A stretch of DNA of 64,000 bases from an uncultured delta proteobacterium (GTDB lineage: Bacteria; Myxococcota_A; Polyangia; Polyangiales; Polyangiaceae). The stretch spans positions 256,001-320,000 of the forward strand of contig CAVOKF010000003.1 of the NCBI GenBank assembly GCA_963696385.1, written 5' to 3'. The notes under the pieces are model-generated. The model did no database searches and was not told the DNA's origin. It saw nothing but the letters and a program-made list of their open reading frames with translations. The translations under genes and the position numbers were made by a program. Below are positions 10,570-22,556 of the stretch, piece by piece. The first letter of the stretch is position 1. Each line of letters begins with the position of its first letter.

Positions 10570-13500
10570 CCGACGACAAGAAGGCCGACGAGATTGAAGA
10601 TTTCGACTGGGACGAGGCTCTCGCCGAGTGGGAGGAAAAGTCGTTCACGCCGGAGGTCGCACGTGACATCGTGACCGACAAGCCTGCAGCGCTCGCAGGC
10701 AGTCCGCCGCCGCGTCCCCTCTATCGACCACCCAGCTCACCGGCCGCGGCGCACCCGACGGCCGCGTCACTACCCGTTTCGGTCGTGCCGCTCGCCATCG
10801 ACACCGACGAGGACGATGGGGGCGCGACCATCATCGCCGCCGTCCCGGAGGAATTGCTACGACGCTATCGGCCCGGCGGAGCGACATCGTCGCACGGGGG
10901 GCTCGGCCAGATGTTCGCGCGCGACCCGCTCGGCGAAGCTCCGCCATCGAAATCGAGTGGAGATCGGGCGGAGAGCAATCCGCCAGACGTCGTAACGAGC
11001 GCGCGATCGGTCCCATCCCGCGAGGAGCATTCGCCGCTCGAGCCTTTGCGTCGGGCCCTCCGGGTCGACGCCTCGGAAGGCGTCCCGGACGGTGCGATGT
11101 TCAACCCATTCGCGGAGGGCTTCGTCGCGCCTGCGACGCACGAGGCAACGACCGAACCGCCTTCCGGGTCCACGGTCGAGGGCCCTCGAACGGCTCCCCC
11201 GGCGGCGGAGATTACGCTCCCCGCCTCCGACTCGAGTGAGGAGAGCACGGTCGCTCGCCGGCCCACCCTCCGGGGCCCTTCCCTGCACTTTCCCGAGGCA
11301 CCGGGCAAGCCCATCGTGTCGACCGCCGGCGATCGGTTGGCAGCCTCATGGCCGGACGAGCGTCCCGGCGATGCCTGGCTGGATGACGACGCTCGGAGGT
11401 CGCACGAAGACAGAGCGGCCTGGATTGAGGAGGAGGCCCGCGCGCTCGACGACACGATCGACCGCGCGCGAGGGTTGCTCGTGTGCAGTGAACTGCTTGC
11501 GACGCTGGGCGACCGAGGGCGGGCCCAGGCGCTCGCCGCGGAGGCCCGAGAGTTGGCGCCGTCGGTCGCCCTCGCGCACCGTCAAGCACGCGCTCTCATG
11601 CCCTGGCCGCCCGACCCGGATGACTACCTCGACGCGCTCGACGGAGAGATGCACAACGCCCCGCCCGGCCCACCGCGCTTGCATTCGGCGCTCCTCGCCG
11701 CCGAGGCCCTTCGAGCGCGCGGAGACCGCGAAGGCGCGAACGCACGCCTCGAACAGGCCGCCGGGATACAGGCCGGAATACAGGGCGACGACGTCCGCGC
11801 TGCGGTGCTTCGTGCGGCGATCGCTCTGGCCCACGATGAGTACCCGAGCGCGGCGCTTCGGTTGCAAGATTCGGCGGCGCTTACCTCGCTCGCAGACGCC
11901 ATCGCCCAATGCCTGCGTCTGCGCGGAATCGACGCGCGACAGTCCGGAGACCTCGAGCCGTCTGCGATCGATACGGTACTGCGCGCGCGACACGCGATTG
12001 GCCAGGGCGATCTCGCCACCGCGGCGTCGACCCTTGCCGAGCTCGTGCGCATCCCCGAGCTGGCTTGCGGGGCCCGCTGGCTTGCGGCGGCACTTGCATC
12101 GACAACGGGCGCGACCAGGCGCCTCGCAATCCGCTTGCTCGGCGAACTTGTCGAAGGCGGGGACGCCGCAGCGCACGTGCCCTACGTCGCACGTGCCCTC
12201 GAACTCGGAGACCGGGACCTCCTCCTGGGCGCGGTGTTGAACGCATCCCCTCTCACGTCGGCGGACCGCGTCGTTCTGGCGACTCTCGCCCACGCGCCTC
12301 TGCCGGCCAGCGACGCGCGTTTCGATGCGACGGCGTCCACGCCGGGCATGCAACCGTTGGTCTCTGCCGCTTCTGCCGTCGCCCCGGTCAATCCCGCGCG
12401 CTACAGCCGCACCGCCGGTTCATCCCAATCGCGGGTTGAAATCGAGCTCGGGCGCCGGCTCGCCGCCGGTGCCCCAAACGCCGAGATCGAGACGGTGTGC
12501 TCGGCTCTTCCCAACGACGGTCCTACTGCGCGCGGCATTGCTCTCGAGCTTTGGGCGCGCACCGGTCGAGCCGCCGACATCAGTCGCTTCGTCGAGTCGT
12601 GGGGTTCGGCGAGGTTCGCGGCCGACTCTGGGGCCATCGGCCATCTCGCCGCAGCGCTGCTCGCAGAGCGTGCCGGCGCCCGTGAGCGAGCCGCCGAGGC
12701 GTTCAAGTCGGCCCGCGCTGCCGACCCTACGTGCGAGGCCGCCTTTCGCGCGTTGGCCTCCATGGAGGCGCTGGATCAGGCGTCGGAGTTGAACACGCTC
12801 GCCGATGAACTCGGCGATGGCCTGCGGTCAGCGCTCGCTCGCATCGAAGCCGTCGTTCGAAGTGGCGACTCGCTTCCGGATCCAACGCTTGCCCACTTGC
12901 TGGAGCTCGCATACCGCGCCGCGCCGACCCTTCCGATCGCGCCTTTTTTGGCGGAGCGGATTGCACGGCGCGCCGGGGATGCGGACGAGGTCCTGCGCTG
13001 GATACGTGAACGGCGATCGAGCAGTGACGACCCCATCGAAGGTGCGCTCGAGTCGGTGCGCGAGGCACTTTTGATCGCGGATCGCGATCCGGAGCTCGCG
13101 GAGGAACGCTTGCGCACCGCTCACCTCGTACGGCGCGGCGACGCCGCGTTGCGCGATCTGTTCGAGCGAATGGCGACGGATCCGCCCGAAGATTCCGCTC
13201 GGTGGCGCGAGGAGCGCGCAGCCAACACGACTGGCGACGTGCGCGTATTGCTTTCGATCGAAGCGGCTCACGAGTTCGAGCGACGCGGTGAAGACGATGC
13301 TGCACTTCGATGCGCAACCGTGGCCGCGGAAGGGCGCTCGTCGTTGGGTCGTGTGGCACGGGAACGCGCCGAGCTGCGCACCGGGCGTGTCGCGCTACTC
13401 GCGGACGCGCTTCTTACGGAGGCCAAGGACGCTCCGGATGGTCGGTCGCGTCGTGAGGCGTACGAACGGCTTGCCGTCCTCGATGCAACGGCACGGCACG

Positions 13501-15908
13501 ATGCGGCGAGCGCGCTACTCTGGCACCGTTCCGTGTTGGAGATCTTTCCGGAGTACCTACCCAGCCTCCGGCACGTGGAGCACCATCTGATTGGCGAAGG
13601 ACGTGCCGAGGAAATCGAGCCCGTCGCGGCCTCGATAGCGAGGGCGTTGCGGGGCGACGGCGCCGGCGAATGCACGGCGCACGCTGAGGTCGCAGCGCGA
13701 CTGCGGCTGCGCGCAGACGTCGATGGGATCGCATCCGCGCGCGAAATGATCGACCTCGCTGCCTCCGAGGCCGGGCCGTCTCTGTGGGCGCTTCGCGCGC
13801 AGCAAGCCCTCGCACGTGCCCAAGGCGACGACGTCGCGTTCCTGGACGCCACGAAACGCGTCGTGGCCCGAGCCTCGAAACCTTCCGAGATCGCGGCCTT
13901 GCTCGTGCGTGCCGGAGAGGCAGCCATTCGCCTCGACCGTTTGGACGAAGCTCGCTCGCTCGTCGAGCGCGCGAGCGCGCAGGATCCCGGAGACATCCTG
14001 GCGTGGAACCTGGTCGCCCAACTGCGCAACGGAGCGGGTGACGTTCGGGGCGCCGCGGAAGCCACGGAGGCTCTTGCACGCTGCAGCGCAGTGCCGGAGC
14101 ACCAGATCATGGCCTGGTACGACGCCGGACGACTCTGGATGGACCACGCTGGCGACGCGCAACGCGCCATGCATGCCCTCGAAACCGCCGGGGCCATCGA
14201 CCTCGCTCACGCCGATGTTTTCGATCGGCTGGCTGTCCTGTACACGGGGCGTGGAATGCACACCGAGCTCGCGGCGCTGCTTCAGCGAAGGCTCGAGCAG
14301 GTCACGGATCCCGAAGCACGCCTCGCTCTCGAGGTGCGCCGAGGTCGGGTCCTTCTGGAAGTCGGAGAGGTTGCAGGGGCGCGGCGTGCATTCGAGGCGG
14401 CCTTGCAAGAGCGTCCCGACGACCCGGGAGCGCTGTCGGCGTTCGCCGACATCTGCGCGTTGCACGGCGACTGGGAAGCAGCGGAGCAAGCCCTGGTGCG
14501 ACTGGCCCGTCTGCTCCCTTCGCCGCAGGAGCAACGGGCCGTCTACGAGCGGCTGGGCGATTTGTATTCGCATCGCCTCGTCAACTTGTCGCGCGCCGAG
14601 GTCGCTCTGAAGGAGGTCCTCAAGCGTGCGCCAGACGACGTGGAGACCGCGCGAAAGCTCGTGGAAGTCCATAAACGACAAAACGATCCCGCGCGGGCCA
14701 TCGAGGTGCAGCAAGATCTCGTCGTCCGAGCGACGTCTTCGGCAGACAAGCGGGATCGAGTTCTCGAACTCGCGGCGATTCACGAGCGATCGGCCCATGA
14801 TCTGCGGCGGGCCGAGAAGACGCTGGAAATGGCGCGACGCGATGCGCCACAAGACGTGGTGCTGCTTCGCGCTTTGGCCGAGTTCTACGTGCGGCACCAC
14901 CAGACTCCCGCGGTCCACATTCTGCTCGACCGCGCCGCGGCCGATGCGCGGCGCGCCCTCCTGTCGGGTCGTGTCGAGCGCGACCTGTTCGAGATTGTCG
15001 CCGCCGTGTTCGAACTACGAGGACAACCGCATCCCGCGCGGACCGCCCTTTCCATGGCCGCCTCCATCGAAGGCCAGCCCGTGGACATCCAGGGCGCGGG
15101 CGAGCGCGCGCTCGACCCGCAGTTCGACGATTCGTTCGCACCCGACGTGCTCTCCCCGGCGATCCGTTCGCTGCTCGCCAAGACGGGCGACGCGCTCGAT
15201 GCGGCCGCTCCGGTGGACCTGCGCCAGCTGAGAGCGTCGCCGCTCGCTCCAGACACCCCGCTGGTCAGGCTGGCGCTTCGCGCGGCCGCTCTGGCCGGCC
15301 TCGGCGGCCTGCAGGTCCTATCCTCGCCGAAGTTGGGCGCCGTGTGCATCCCCATAGGGCCATCTCCAACAATCGTCATCGGGGAAGCCCTGACGGGAAA
15401 CGAACGTGTCGGGGCATTTCTAGCGCTTCGCGCAATCAAACTCCTCCGAGCCAAGGCGTCGGCTCTAGCACGGTCGAGCGCCGCGGAGCTCGGTGTGCTC
15501 CTTCCGGCGTGGCTCAAGGCAATCAATCCGACGTGGGAGCCGCATGTGCGACCCACAGCCGCCATGAGCGCGACCACGGCCCTGATTCAAGCGGCGCTGC
15601 CACGCCACGCGGCGGCGGAGGTCGGAATTCTTGCGCTGGAGGCTGCGGCCGCGGTCGACGACCATCCGGGTGCCTTGGGGTTGGCGGCCGTGGCCTGGTC
15701 GAATCGGGTCGCCCTGCTCGCCGTCGGAGACCCGAGCGCGGCCTTCGATGCCATCGCGCTCATCAGTGGGATCGTCGAGGGCGCGCCGAGGGAAAGTCGA
15801 GAGCGCGGCACCTGGGTGTCACGCACGCTCGAGGCGCGAGACCTCGTTGCGTTCGCGGTAGGCGATTCATTTGCGCAAGCGCGATTCCGCCTCGGGCTGA
15901 ACGGCTAA
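10566..15908 (+). CDS. Giant TPR-repeat protein (1780 aa) with acidic/Pro-rich N-terminus and C-terminal degenerate M48-like domain
   Basis: ATGA overlap with upstream stop, GAGGA RBS; TPR motifs ([20 protein letters not shown]). Confidence 0.85.
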   Translation: MTDDKKADEIEDFDWDEALAEWEEKSFTPEVARDIVTDKPAALAGSPPPRPLYRPPSSPAAAHPTAASLPVSVVPLAIDTDEDDGGATIIAAVPEELLRRYRPGGATSSHGGLGQMFARDPLGEAPPSKSSGDRAESNPPDVVTSARSVPSREEHSPLEPLRRALRVDASEGVPDGAMFNPFAEGFVAPATHEATTEPPSGSTVEGPRTAPPAAEITLPASDSSEESTVARRPTLRGPSLHFPEAPGKPIVSTAGDRLAASWPDERPGDAWLDDDARRSHEDRAAWIEEEARALDDTIDRARGLLVCSELLATLGDRGRAQALAAEARELAPSVALAHRQARALMPWPPDPDDYLDALDGEMHNAPPGPPRLHSALLAAEALRARGDREGANARLEQAAGIQAGIQGDDVRAAVLRAAIALAHDEYPSAALRLQDSAALTSLADAIAQCLRLRGIDARQSGDLEPSAIDTVLRARHAIGQGDLATAASTLAELVRIPELACGARWLAAALASTTGATRRLAIRLLGELVEGGDAAAHVPYVARALELGDRDLLLGAVLNASPLTSADRVVLATLAHAPLPASDARFDATASTPGMQPLVSAASAVAPVNPARYSRTAGSSQSRVEIELGRRLAAGAPNAEIETVCSALPNDGPTARGIALELWARTGRAADISRFVESWGSARFAADSGAIGHLAAALLAERAGARERAAEAFKSARAADPTCEAAFRALASMEALDQASELNTLADELGDGLRSALARIEAVVRSGDSLPDPTLAHLLELAYRAAPTLPIAPFLAERIARRAGDADEVLRWIRERRSSSDDPIEGALESVREALLIADRDPELAEERLRTAHLVRRGDAALRDLFERMATDPPEDSARWREERAANTTGDVRVLLSIEAAHEFERRGEDDAALRCATVAAEGRSSLGRVARERAELRTGRVALLADALLTEAKDAPDGRSRREAYERLAVLDATARHDAASALLWHRSVLEIFPEYLPSLRHVEHHLIGEGRAEEIEPVAASIARALRGDGAGECTAHAEVAARLRLRADVDGIASAREMIDLAASEAGPSLWALRAQQALARAQGDDVAFLDATKRVVARASKPSEIAALLVRAGEAAIRLDRLDEARSLVERASAQDPGDILAWNLVAQLRNGAGDVRGAAEATEALARCSAVPEHQIMAWYDAGRLWMDHAGDAQRAMHALETAGAIDLAHADVFDRLAVLYTGRGMHTELAALLQRRLEQVTDPEARLALEVRRGRVLLEVGEVAGARRAFEAALQERPDDPGALSAFADICALHGDWEAAEQALVRLARLLPSPQEQRAVYERLGDLYSHRLVNLSRAEVALKEVLKRAPDDVETARKLVEVHKRQNDPARAIEVQQDLVVRATSSADKRDRVLELAAIHERSAHDLRRAEKTLEMARRDAPQDVVLLRALAEFYVRHHQTPAVHILLDRAAADARRALLSGRVERDLFEIVAAVFELRGQPHPARTALSMAASIEGQPVDIQGAGERALDPQFDDSFAPDVLSPAIRSLLAKTGDALDAAAPVDLRQLRASPLAPDTPLVRLALRAAALAGLGGLQVLSSPKLGAVCIPIGPSPTIVIGEALTGNERVGAFLALRAIKLLRAKASALARSSAAELGVLLPAWLKAINPTWEPHVRPTAAMSATTALIQAALPRHAAAEVGILALEAAAAVDDHPGALGLAAVAWSNRVALLAVGDPSAAFDAIALISGIVEGAPRESRERGTWVSRTLEARDLVAFAVGDSFAQARFRLGLNG

Positions 15909-15993
15909 GAGCCAGCCGGCGAGGCTGAGATTCATTTGCGCAAACGCGATTCCGCCTCGGGCTGAACGGCTAAGAGCCAGCCGGCGAGGCTGA
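15864..15993. repeat. 65-bp direct tandem repeat, 2 copies, 1 mismatch
   Basis: 15864-15928 and 15929-15993 are identical except G15879/A15944. Confidence 0.97.
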
Positions 15994-16038
15994 GTTGCTT
16001 GCGAAACACCAGGCGGGACGCTACCTGACGCTGCCCTC

Positions 16039-17910
16039 ATGAGCATTCCGCGCCCGCACGCCCTGCGCAACGTCGCCATCGTGGCCCACGTCGACCACGG
16101 CAAAACCACGCTCGTCGACCAGATGCTTTGGCAGGCTGGCACATTTCGCGTCAATGAAGTCGTCCAGGAGCGCGTGATGGACTCCAACGACCTGGAGCGC
16201 GAGCGGGGCATCACCATCCTTGCCAAGAACACGAGCGTTCGATGGAAGTCACCCGACGGATCGGTCACGAAGATCAATGTCATCGATACGCCGGGCCACG
16301 CCGACTTCGGCGGTGAGGTCGAACGTACGCTTCTCATGGCAGACGGCGCCATTCTTCTAGTGGATGCTGCCGAGGGGCCACTGCCACAGACCCGGTTCGT
16401 GCTCCGCAAGTGCTTGGAGCTCGGGTTTCCCGTCATCGTGGTCATCAATAAAATTGATCGATCCGATGCGCGCCCGGAGGCCGTTCACGAAGAGGTCTTC
16501 GACTTGTTTTGCAATCTCGACGCTTCCGAAGCCCAACTCGAATTTCCCGTTCTCTACGCGGTCGGACGGGATGGTGTCGCGAAACGCACTCTCGATGATC
16601 CATCGACCACGCTCGCGCCACTGTTCGACACCATCCTCGCCAACGTGCCGCCCGCACCGGGCGACCCCGACGGGCCGCTGCAGATCCTTGTGAGCAACGT
16701 CGACCACGACGATTACATCGGCCGTCTGGCCATCGGTCGAATCGTCTCGGGCTTCGTGCGAGCCAACCAGCTCGTGGGGGTGATCAAAGACGGCCGAACG
16801 CTCAAGTCGACCATCAAGGTCTTGTCGACGTTCGAGGGGCTCAAACGCGCGCCCGCGTTGGAGGCCGCTTCCGGAGAGATCGTCGCGATCGCCGGAATCG
16901 AAGACGTCGACGTAGGCGATTCGATCGTTGACTTGACTCCGGGATGGGAGGGCCGGGCGCTCGCGAGGATCCATGTTGAGCAGCCAACCATCAAGATGCG
17001 GCTGGGCGTCAACACCTCACCTTTCGCCGGAAAGAGCAAACAGACCAAGTTTCTGACCAGCCGGCACCTGCGCGAACGCCTTCTGCACGAGACCAAGAAG
17101 AACCTGGCGATTCGCGTGAGCGAGACGGAGTCGGCCGACACGTTCGTGGTGTTGGGCAGGGGCGAGCTGCAGCTCGCGATCCTCGTCGAAACGATGCGCC
17201 GCGAGGGCTATGAGCTTCAGCTCGGCAATCCCGAGGTCGTCACGCAAGTGGTCGACGGAATCCTGTGCGAACCCATGGAGTTGGTCGTCGTGGACGTTCC
17301 CGAGAACTTCATCGGAATTGTAACCGAGCGGCTCGGCGAGCGACGGGGACGGATGGTCAAGATGTCGAACCCGGGATACGGCCGCGCGCGGCTCGAGTAC
17401 CGCGTGCCCAGCCGCGGCATGATCGGATTCCGCGGCGAGATCCTGACGGCCACCAGGGGGACGGCTCTTCTCAACTCGATGTTCGACGGTTGGGAGCCGT
17501 GGGGCGGGGCGATGGTAAAGCGCGTCACCGGCGCGATTGTCGCTGACCGCGGGGGGGTGGCTACTCCATACGCGCTGCACCATTTGCAACCGCGCGGATC
17601 CTTTTTTGTGACCCCCGGAGTCGAGGTATACCAGGGCATGATTGTGGGTCAGCACAACCGGCCGAACGATACGGACGTGAACGTCATCAAGGAAAAGAAG
17701 CTGTCGAATGTGCGCGACCACGGCAAAGACGAAAACGTCCTGCTCGCGCCTCCGCGCGTCCTCACGATTGAGACGGCCATGGAATGGATCGATGCCGACG
17801 AGCTCGTCGAAGTGACTCCCGATGCCGTTCGCGTGCGCAAGGCCATTCTCGATACCTCGCGGCGCCCGCGCCGCAGCGAGGCGATCGAAGAGGCACAGAG
17901 CGTCGGCTGA
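16039..17910 (+). CDS. typA: Translational GTPase TypA/BipA
   Basis: [57 protein letters not shown]. Confidence 0.98.
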   Translation: MSIPRPHALRNVAIVAHVDHGKTTLVDQMLWQAGTFRVNEVVQERVMDSNDLERERGITILAKNTSVRWKSPDGSVTKINVIDTPGHADFGGEVERTLLMADGAILLVDAAEGPLPQTRFVLRKCLELGFPVIVVINKIDRSDARPEAVHEEVFDLFCNLDASEAQLEFPVLYAVGRDGVAKRTLDDPSTTLAPLFDTILANVPPAPGDPDGPLQILVSNVDHDDYIGRLAIGRIVSGFVRANQLVGVIKDGRTLKSTIKVLSTFEGLKRAPALEAASGEIVAIAGIEDVDVGDSIVDLTPGWEGRALARIHVEQPTIKMRLGVNTSPFAGKSKQTKFLTSRHLRERLLHETKKNLAIRVSETESADTFVVLGRGELQLAILVETMRREGYELQLGNPEVVTQVVDGILCEPMELVVVDVPENFIGIVTERLGERRGRMVKMSNPGYGRARLEYRVPSRGMIGFRGEILTATRGTALLNSMFDGWEPWGGAMVKRVTGAIVADRGGVATPYALHHLQPRGSFFVTPGVEVYQGMIVGQHNRPNDTDVNVIKEKKLSNVRDHGKDENVLLAPPRVLTIETAMEWIDADELVEVTPDAVRVRKAILDTSRRPRRSEAIEEAQSVG

Positions 17911-17919
17911 TCGCGTCCG

Positions 17920-18552
17920 ATGGTGCGCTGGGCGAAGGGCGCCGCACGGGTCGCGCTCGTCGGCGCCTGCGGGGCCGCACGTGCGGCAGCTGGCGCGGCA
18001 CCTTCCGAAGAGCTCGTGCTTCAAGCGCGTGCACACGAAGCCGCCCACGAGGAAGACCTCGCCTTACGCCGCTACACCGAGGCGATCGAGATCGATTCGA
18101 CGAACAGCGCCGCGTGGACAGGCCTCGGAGAGCTTCGTTTCAGACTCGGCGAGCCGGCGGAGGCCGAACGCGTCTTCACGGCTGCTCTCGAACGAGATCC
18201 GCTCCTTCATCGAGCTCTCGTGGGACGCGCGCGCGCTCGATGGGCTCTCGGTGCGCACGCCGCTGCCGAGATGGATCTCGAGGCCTATGCGAACGCTCGG
18301 CGCGACCCCAACGCATACCGCGAATTGGCCGCGTGGTTCGGCGTCGACGGGCGCACGCCCGCACAGCTTGCTACCTGGCGGCGGCTACTCGCGGCGGCGA
18401 CCCGAGAAGGAGACTCTGCCGCCATCGTCGAGGCGCGCCGGATGGTCCGATCGCTCGTCATTCTGGTCGATGGCGCGGATCCCGCGGCTTGCCCGCCGGA
18501 CTCGGATCCCACGCGGCGGGCCCTTGCCCGGATTGCACGGCGCGCGCCCTAG
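17920..18552 (+). CDS. TPR protein, possibly exported
   Basis: ALRRYTEAIEIDSTNSAAWTGLGELRFRLG; signal-like N-terminus. Confidence 0.75.
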   Translation: MVRWAKGAARVALVGACGAARAAAGAAPSEELVLQARAHEAAHEEDLALRRYTEAIEIDSTNSAAWTGLGELRFRLGEPAEAERVFTAALERDPLLHRALVGRARARWALGAHAAAEMDLEAYANARRDPNAYRELAAWFGVDGRTPAQLATWRRLLAAATREGDSAAIVEARRMVRSLVILVDGADPAACPPDSDPTRRALARIARRAP

Positions 18553-18616
18553 AGGCGTCGATTCGATGCCCTCGCAGGGGGCCCATGCCCACGCATCGCG
18601 AGGACCGCACGAAAGC

Positions 18617-20053
18617 TCACCGCGGCCGGATCGCAAAAGCGGCAAGGCCAAATCCGCCGGCCACCCAGACCACGCCACGGGAATCATCGCACGCGAGCGC
18701 AAGCGCCCGGCCGTCGGCCGGGTCGGACGGTTCTCGGAGGTTCTGCGTAGCCCCAATTCGAGCCACGATCGCGACAGCCCCTTTCACGTCGATCCGAACA
18801 AGCCCTGTCGTGTCGTCCGCCTCGGAATAGGTCGCGGCCAACAAAGTGCCTTCGTCGTCCACAAACGCAAGGGCCGTTACGGATCCATCCCACGTGAACG
18901 ATCGCCATCCACCATGGGTCCCGCGGCGCACGACGCCGGAGCGTCCGGAGTATGCAACATGCGCGGCCCGGGCGGCGAGCACCATGGGCTTCGACGCTTC
19001 TGGAACCGAAATCGACTCCCAAGCGAGCAAGCCCTCGACTCCCCCCCGGCCGAGCGCAATCGGGCGTCCGAGCGAGTCGACGACCATGGCGACGATTCCG
19101 GAAGCATCGTGACTCGCGATTGCCGCGACCGCGCCCGGCGCGGGACACCGCACGAAATCCCGGTCGGCGCGCTTCGAAACGAGAAGCTCACCCGATCGCG
19201 TGCGAAGCCAGAGAGCCCCCGACACGAGACGAACGTCGGCCACGCCGACGCCGCCCACCGGCGCCTCGAATCGCTCGCCGCCGTCCCGCGAGACGACAAG
19301 GCCTGCCGCAGGCGACACGGCCGCCACGGTCCACGCGTCCGCGGCAAGAGCGACCACCTCGGAAACCTGGGCCCTTTCGAGCCGGAGTGCATCGCGAGCT
19401 CCTTCGAGATCGACTCGAAACAGTTGGAGCTGATCGGTTTCGGCGCGCGCGGCGACAAGCGCCCCTCGTGATACACACGCCACGGCGGTGGCCGCAACGA
19501 GACCCAACGGCGCGCCGACCCGCTCCCATGGTTGCGCGGCCCACGGCAGCGACTCGTCTGCGGTCAGCGGCTCTTCGAGCAAACGCGAGTCGACGGACTC
19601 GTCCTCGTCTGCGTCGAGCGCGGGCAGGTCGGAATCACGAAGCTCTTCGTCGAGGTCCAAGGGGCCTTCGTCCCCCGCATCGAGGCCGCCAGACTCACCC
19701 TGATCGCTCAGCGCTGCGCCTTCGTCACCGACGTCGACGTCGTCCCCGTCGTGCTCGCCCGCGATGCGTTCGTCGTCCAGATCCATCAGGTCGGCAGCAC
19801 CGAGATCCACGTCGGTCGCGTCCAATGCTTCGTTGAGCCAGCTGGTCTCGCCTTCCTCGAGAACATCGAGCTCAATCGGGTCGGCCGGATCGCCTTCCGG
19901 GGTGCCGTCTTCGAGCGCGACGCCGTCGTTGCCCAAATCATCGAGCTCCGCTTCGGGCTCCGCTGCCTCGTCCATGTCGCCGTCGAGCGGCGGAAGTTCG
20001 CCGAGTTCATCGTCGCTATCGGGCAAGGGCGGCGTGTGGGGCATTGCGAGCAT
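18617..20053 (-). CDS. Hypothetical protein: very acidic N-terminal region plus beta-propeller-like C-terminus
   Basis: About 170 aa D/E-rich stretch; Asp-box VSRDGGERF; beta-strand-rich repeats; start may be 20044. Confidence 0.7.
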   Translation of the reverse strand: MLAMPHTPPLPDSDDELGELPPLDGDMDEAAEPEAELDDLGNDGVALEDGTPEGDPADPIELDVLEEGETSWLNEALDATDVDLGAADLMDLDDERIAGEHDGDDVDVGDEGAALSDQGESGGLDAGDEGPLDLDEELRDSDLPALDADEDESVDSRLLEEPLTADESLPWAAQPWERVGAPLGLVAATAVACVSRGALVAARAETDQLQLFRVDLEGARDALRLERAQVSEVVALAADAWTVAAVSPAAGLVVSRDGGERFEAPVGGVGVADVRLVSGALWLRTRSGELLVSKRADRDFVRCPAPGAVAAIASHDASGIVAMVVDSLGRPIALGRGGVEGLLAWESISVPEASKPMVLAARAAHVAYSGRSGVVRRGTHGGWRSFTWDGSVTALAFVDDEGTLLAATYSEADDTTGLVRIDVKGAVAIVARIGATQNLREPSDPADGRALALACDDSRGVVWVAGGFGLAAFAIRPR

Positions 20054-20253
20054 CTTCGCGTCCTACCGGCGGCCGCTAGCTTGTCAAACCAACCAGTCGT
20101 AGCTTTCCCCATGTCTTCGCTTGTCCCGCGGACGATCCGGAGCCCATTTTGCGCACATGGTAGGACCGAAATGCGTATGAGACGTTGGTGTGTCAGGCAA
20201 ACCAGTGGATCCGCCCACAAGATGGGCATCGAGGTCCGGGCCCCCCGGGAAAA

Positions 20254-20994
20254 ATGATGGCGACCCGCGAGAACATCCGACGTGAGTTGAAAGAGCTCGC
20301 CAAGTTGGGCGAGACGTTGCGCACCGAGCGGGTCGCCGACGCGCGATCCAGTGGCGAGTGGTCGTATCTACCCCCCCATTCCGAGGCATCTCTTCCGCCG
20401 GATATGGCTGACGTGCCCCCGGCTGCAGCGGTGCGCGGGGCCCACGGAATCACGTCCTCGGGCGTCATCTGCAAGGCGGAGACCGGGCCTACGGCGGAGC
20501 TCTTGGAACCATACGACCCAGAGCCCACGACGCGGCGAGGTGGAGCCACGCGATGGGCGCTGGCGGTCGCGGGCGCGGTCCTCGTGGTGGGCGGGGCTTT
20601 GGTCAGCCGATCGATGGGTATCCACCGTGCCCCAACCGCGGCGCCTATCGTTATCGCAACGCAGCTCGCGCCAACCCCGGCAGCGCCCGCGGCCGTGGTG
20701 CCGCCGGCCGACGAGATCGGTTCCGACGACGCCGTCGAGGAGGGTACAAAGTCCGCGAAGTCGCAGGGGGCAGGAGCCGCTGCAGGCGTGTCCGCCTCAC
20801 CCTCACCTATCTCGGGCGGCGCATCTACGTCGGAAGTCTCGCCTCCGGCCCATGCGCCCGTGGACCGCAGCCCGTCGGTACCGGCGGTGCACAAAAGGCC
20901 CCCGAGTGCCGGACGGGCGCAGGGTGTGCCGGGCGCGGCTTCACTTGAAGACTTGATGCGCCAGTCGGTTCGGAACGACTCGGTAAAAAAATAG
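20254..20994 (+). CDS. Hypothetical single-pass membrane protein, Pro/Ala-rich
   Basis: ATG 20254; TM WALAVAGAVLVVGGALV; C-terminal SLEDLMRQSV. Confidence 0.65.
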   Translation: MMATRENIRRELKELAKLGETLRTERVADARSSGEWSYLPPHSEASLPPDMADVPPAAAVRGAHGITSSGVICKAETGPTAELLEPYDPEPTTRRGGATRWALAVAGAVLVVGGALVSRSMGIHRAPTAAPIVIATQLAPTPAAPAAVVPPADEIGSDDAVEEGTKSAKSQGAGAAAGVSASPSPISGGASTSEVSPPAHAPVDRSPSVPAVHKRPPSAGRAQGVPGAASLEDLMRQSVRNDSVKK

Positions 20995-21251
20995 CCTGCC
21001 GCGCGCCCGCGGCCATCCGGGCCGATGCGGGGCCATCCGAGCCTGTGGCCCAACGGCCGTCTTGGACCTTGGCTCCACATCCGACTTTACCCCTTCGTTC
21101 GGTTCGGACCTGCACGAGTCGCGTGGATCGTGGCCCAACGGGGACGTGCAAGGCTCGGGTGATCGTCGAAAAGCCGTCGCCTGCTGGAATCGCGACGCTC
21201 ACGTCATAGATGAGAGAGGCCGAATTCCGCACGCTCGCCTGATCTTGCGCA

Positions 21252-21267
21252 CGGCACGGCACATGCT
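21252..21267 (+). promoter_or_regulatory. Putative sigma54 (-24/-12) promoter
   Basis: CGGCACGGCACATGCT matches TGGCACG-N4-TTGC with exact GG-N10-GC spacing, 45 bp upstream of a small ORF. Confidence 0.5.
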
Positions 21268-21312
21268 TGGCAGAACGGTGCAACGGTAAGTTTCCACCGT
21301 GCAGTGCATTCC

Positions 21313-21456
21313 ATGTCTGACCAAGCGCACTTCTGGCTTCGAATCGCGGGCCTCAGCATCATCCTGGCCTTGGAGTTTGGCCCACGGTTTTGGAACCCCT
21401 CGCCACCGCCTCCAGCCAATGCCGTGAGCGTCGCGTCGGCCGTCGTGCAGCACTGA
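21313..21456 (+). CDS. Small 47-aa predicted membrane/exported protein (not in ORF track)
   Basis: MSDQAHFWLRIAGLSIILALEFGPRFWNPSPPPPANAVSVASAVVQH; hydrophobic segment then poly-Pro. Confidence 0.5.
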   Translation: MSDQAHFWLRIAGLSIILALEFGPRFWNPSPPPPANAVSVASAVVQH

Positions 21457-21546
21457 ATCGGATTGGCAAGTGCGCCGCAGGTTGCGCAAAGCAGAGGGGA
21501 TCGGTTGCATCCTGCGAGCCGCCGCGTAGCCTCAGCGCCGCCACGC

Positions 21547-22527
21547 ATGCACCTTCTTGTCTTGTCCCGCAACGCCACGTTGTACTCGACGAGCCGTCTA
21601 GTCCTCGCCGCCCGTTCACGAGGACATGACGTGGCCGTCGCCGACCCGCTCGCCTTCCGCATCGTCATTTCGCGAGGGCGACCGTCCCTGTATCTCGGGG
21701 ACCATCCGGCCCCTCACGCGGATCTCGTCTTGCCTCGGATCGGCGCTTCCGTGACGAGCTACGGGCTTGCCGTCGTCCGCCAGTTCGATCTGATGGGGGT
21801 TCCGGTCCTCAACACGGCCCTCGCCATCGCCCGCTCCCGTGACAAGCTCCGCGCGATGCAACTGCTCACCAAGCGCAATATCGACGTCCCCGTGACGGTG
21901 TGCGCTCGAACGCCCGGTTCCATCGATCAGGCCCTCGCGCTCGTCGGAGGAGCACCTTGCATCGTCAAGCTCCAGCAGGGCGCTCAGGGCATCGGAACCA
22001 TGATCGCGGAGACTCCTCAAGCCGTGACCTCGCTCCTCGAGACGCTGTGGGCGATGGGTCAGGACATCATTTTGCAGCAGTACATTGCCGAAGCCAAGGG
22101 CCGCGACCTTCGCGCCATCGTTGTCGGGGGCCGCGTGGTCGCTTCGATGCGCCGCCAGGCCAAAGCAGGAGAATTTCGCTCCAACCTGCATCGCGGCGGA
22201 TTGGGCGTTCGAGCGATTCTCGACGAAGGCTGTCGACGGGCTGCCGTCGCTGCGACGCGCGTCATGGGCCTGGAAATCGCGGGCGTAGATATGTTGGAAA
22301 CGCGTGAGGGACCGAAAATTCTAGAGATCAATAGCTCACCGGGGCTCGAAGGCGTCGAACGTGCCAGTGGAATCGACGTCGCGAGCGCCATCATCCGTCA
22401 CGCCGAGCGTTGTCTCGCCGGGGGCGGTCGTCGGAAGCGCCGGACCACGCTCGACGACGAGCGGCGCTTGTCGCGCATCCGCGACGCGACGACTCGAACC
22501 AGGTTGCGCGGAACGGCTCGCGCCTAA
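21547..22527 (+). CDS. rimK: RimK family alpha-L-glutamate ligase (ATP-grasp)
   Basis: [54 protein letters not shown]. Confidence 0.92.
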   Translation: MHLLVLSRNATLYSTSRLVLAARSRGHDVAVADPLAFRIVISRGRPSLYLGDHPAPHADLVLPRIGASVTSYGLAVVRQFDLMGVPVLNTALAIARSRDKLRAMQLLTKRNIDVPVTVCARTPGSIDQALALVGGAPCIVKLQQGAQGIGTMIAETPQAVTSLLETLWAMGQDIILQQYIAEAKGRDLRAIVVGGRVVASMRRQAKAGEFRSNLHRGGLGVRAILDEGCRRAAVAATRVMGLEIAGVDMLETREGPKILEINSSPGLEGVERASGIDVASAIIRHAERCLAGGGRRKRRTTLDDERRLSRIRDATTRTRLRGTARA

Positions 22528-22556
22528 ACGATTTGCGCCACAGGAGTTGTCGTGCC

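Noticed and set aside
15864..15993. Possible CRISPR array
   Set aside because: Only two directly adjacent 65-bp units, no spacer, no cas genes
17822..19471. 549-aa plus-strand ORF
   Set aside because: Arg/Pro-rich, no motifs, and overlaps two better-supported genes
21313..22527. Small ORF plus ATP-grasp as a RiPP (graspetide) cluster
   Set aside because: The ligase looks like canonical RimK and the peptide lacks graspetide-like core motifs or a C-terminal Glu-Glu; no transporter or protease nearby
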